From Ginglymostoma cirratum (lineage: Eukaryota), in the NCBI GenBank assembly GCA_024137785.1, contig JAHRHZ010000140.1, forward strand, positions 19,267,707-19,331,706: a stretch of DNA of 64,000 nt, read 5' to 3'. Below, piece by piece: positions 63,451 to 64,000 of the stretch (positions are counted from its first letter, which is position 1; each line of letters starts with the position of its first letter). The translations under genes and the position numbers were made by a program. The notes beneath the pieces are model-generated. The model was given only the letters and a program-made list of their open reading frames with translations, was not told where the DNA came from and made no database searches.

Positions 63451-64000
63451 GACTGCTGAAAGCTTAAACTAAAAATCCTGGCTCTTTGGCAGCTTGTCCT
63501 CACCCATTCAGGCTGCTTCTATGAATCCAACTTCAAACAAAAAACCACCGTCTCACAAGCTATTTAGAAGTTTTCAACAAACAGCTCAGCACATCTGCCT
63601 TGAAACCCCTCTTCAAAAGAAAAAACCAAGACAAATACACCTCTTAAAAACATGGTACTGTCACAAGCCAAACCTCCAAATCCCTCTTTGGGCATCCATT
63701 GTATTTAACTGCATACTATCTAGAAAGTACCATTTTAAGTACATGTTTTCTTGGAAATATTTGAATTCCCTTTTTCAAAAAAAAACTTTGACCCTGAAAA
63801 TAAAAAGTCCCTTTCTCAGAACTGAAAACTAAAATCCATTTTTCCTCCACTTTTGAATCCAAATTTCCCATATCAAATGAAAAACATAGATTAAAAAGCC
63901 ACAGAGGGCAGGAGCATAGGCTTGTCCACTCTGTCCACTTTTCTTTTTCATTTTCTTCTTTTTTTCTTTTCATATTTTTCTTTCAGATTTTAGCTTTTTT

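Noticed and set aside
50568-64000. Next upstream ATRNL1 exon (expected ...CFSADFLAYDI)
   Set aside because: No matching sequence with splice sites was found by eye; it probably lies beyond the window.

Overview
AT-rich vertebrate genomic DNA, almost certainly from a shark or other elasmobranch (HE1-type SINEs and HER1/CR1 LINE relics throughout). The whole window lies inside one minus-strand gene, attractin-like 1 (ATRNL1). Eight coding exons (85, 209, 119, 133, 182, 214, 189 and 219 nt) have canonical AG/GT sites and matching phases, and encode the last kelch repeat, PSI domains, the C-type lectin domain and further PSI domains. The introns are dense with decayed mobile elements: CR1, RTE, Tx1, a CR1/L2-group LINE, a Gypsy gag-pol relic, SINEs, and at least three families of Penelope-like elements (PLEs). 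The most notable signal is in the PLE termini. They carry minimal type-I hammerhead ribozyme cores (CUGANGA-A-stem II-GAAA-CG/GC-UH), and they recur as inverted-repeat units ranging from about 200-bp hairpin elements to a 2.7-kb palindrome, most with target-site duplications. All three assembly gaps fall inside these palindromes. All calls were made by eye; no searches or folding programs were run.
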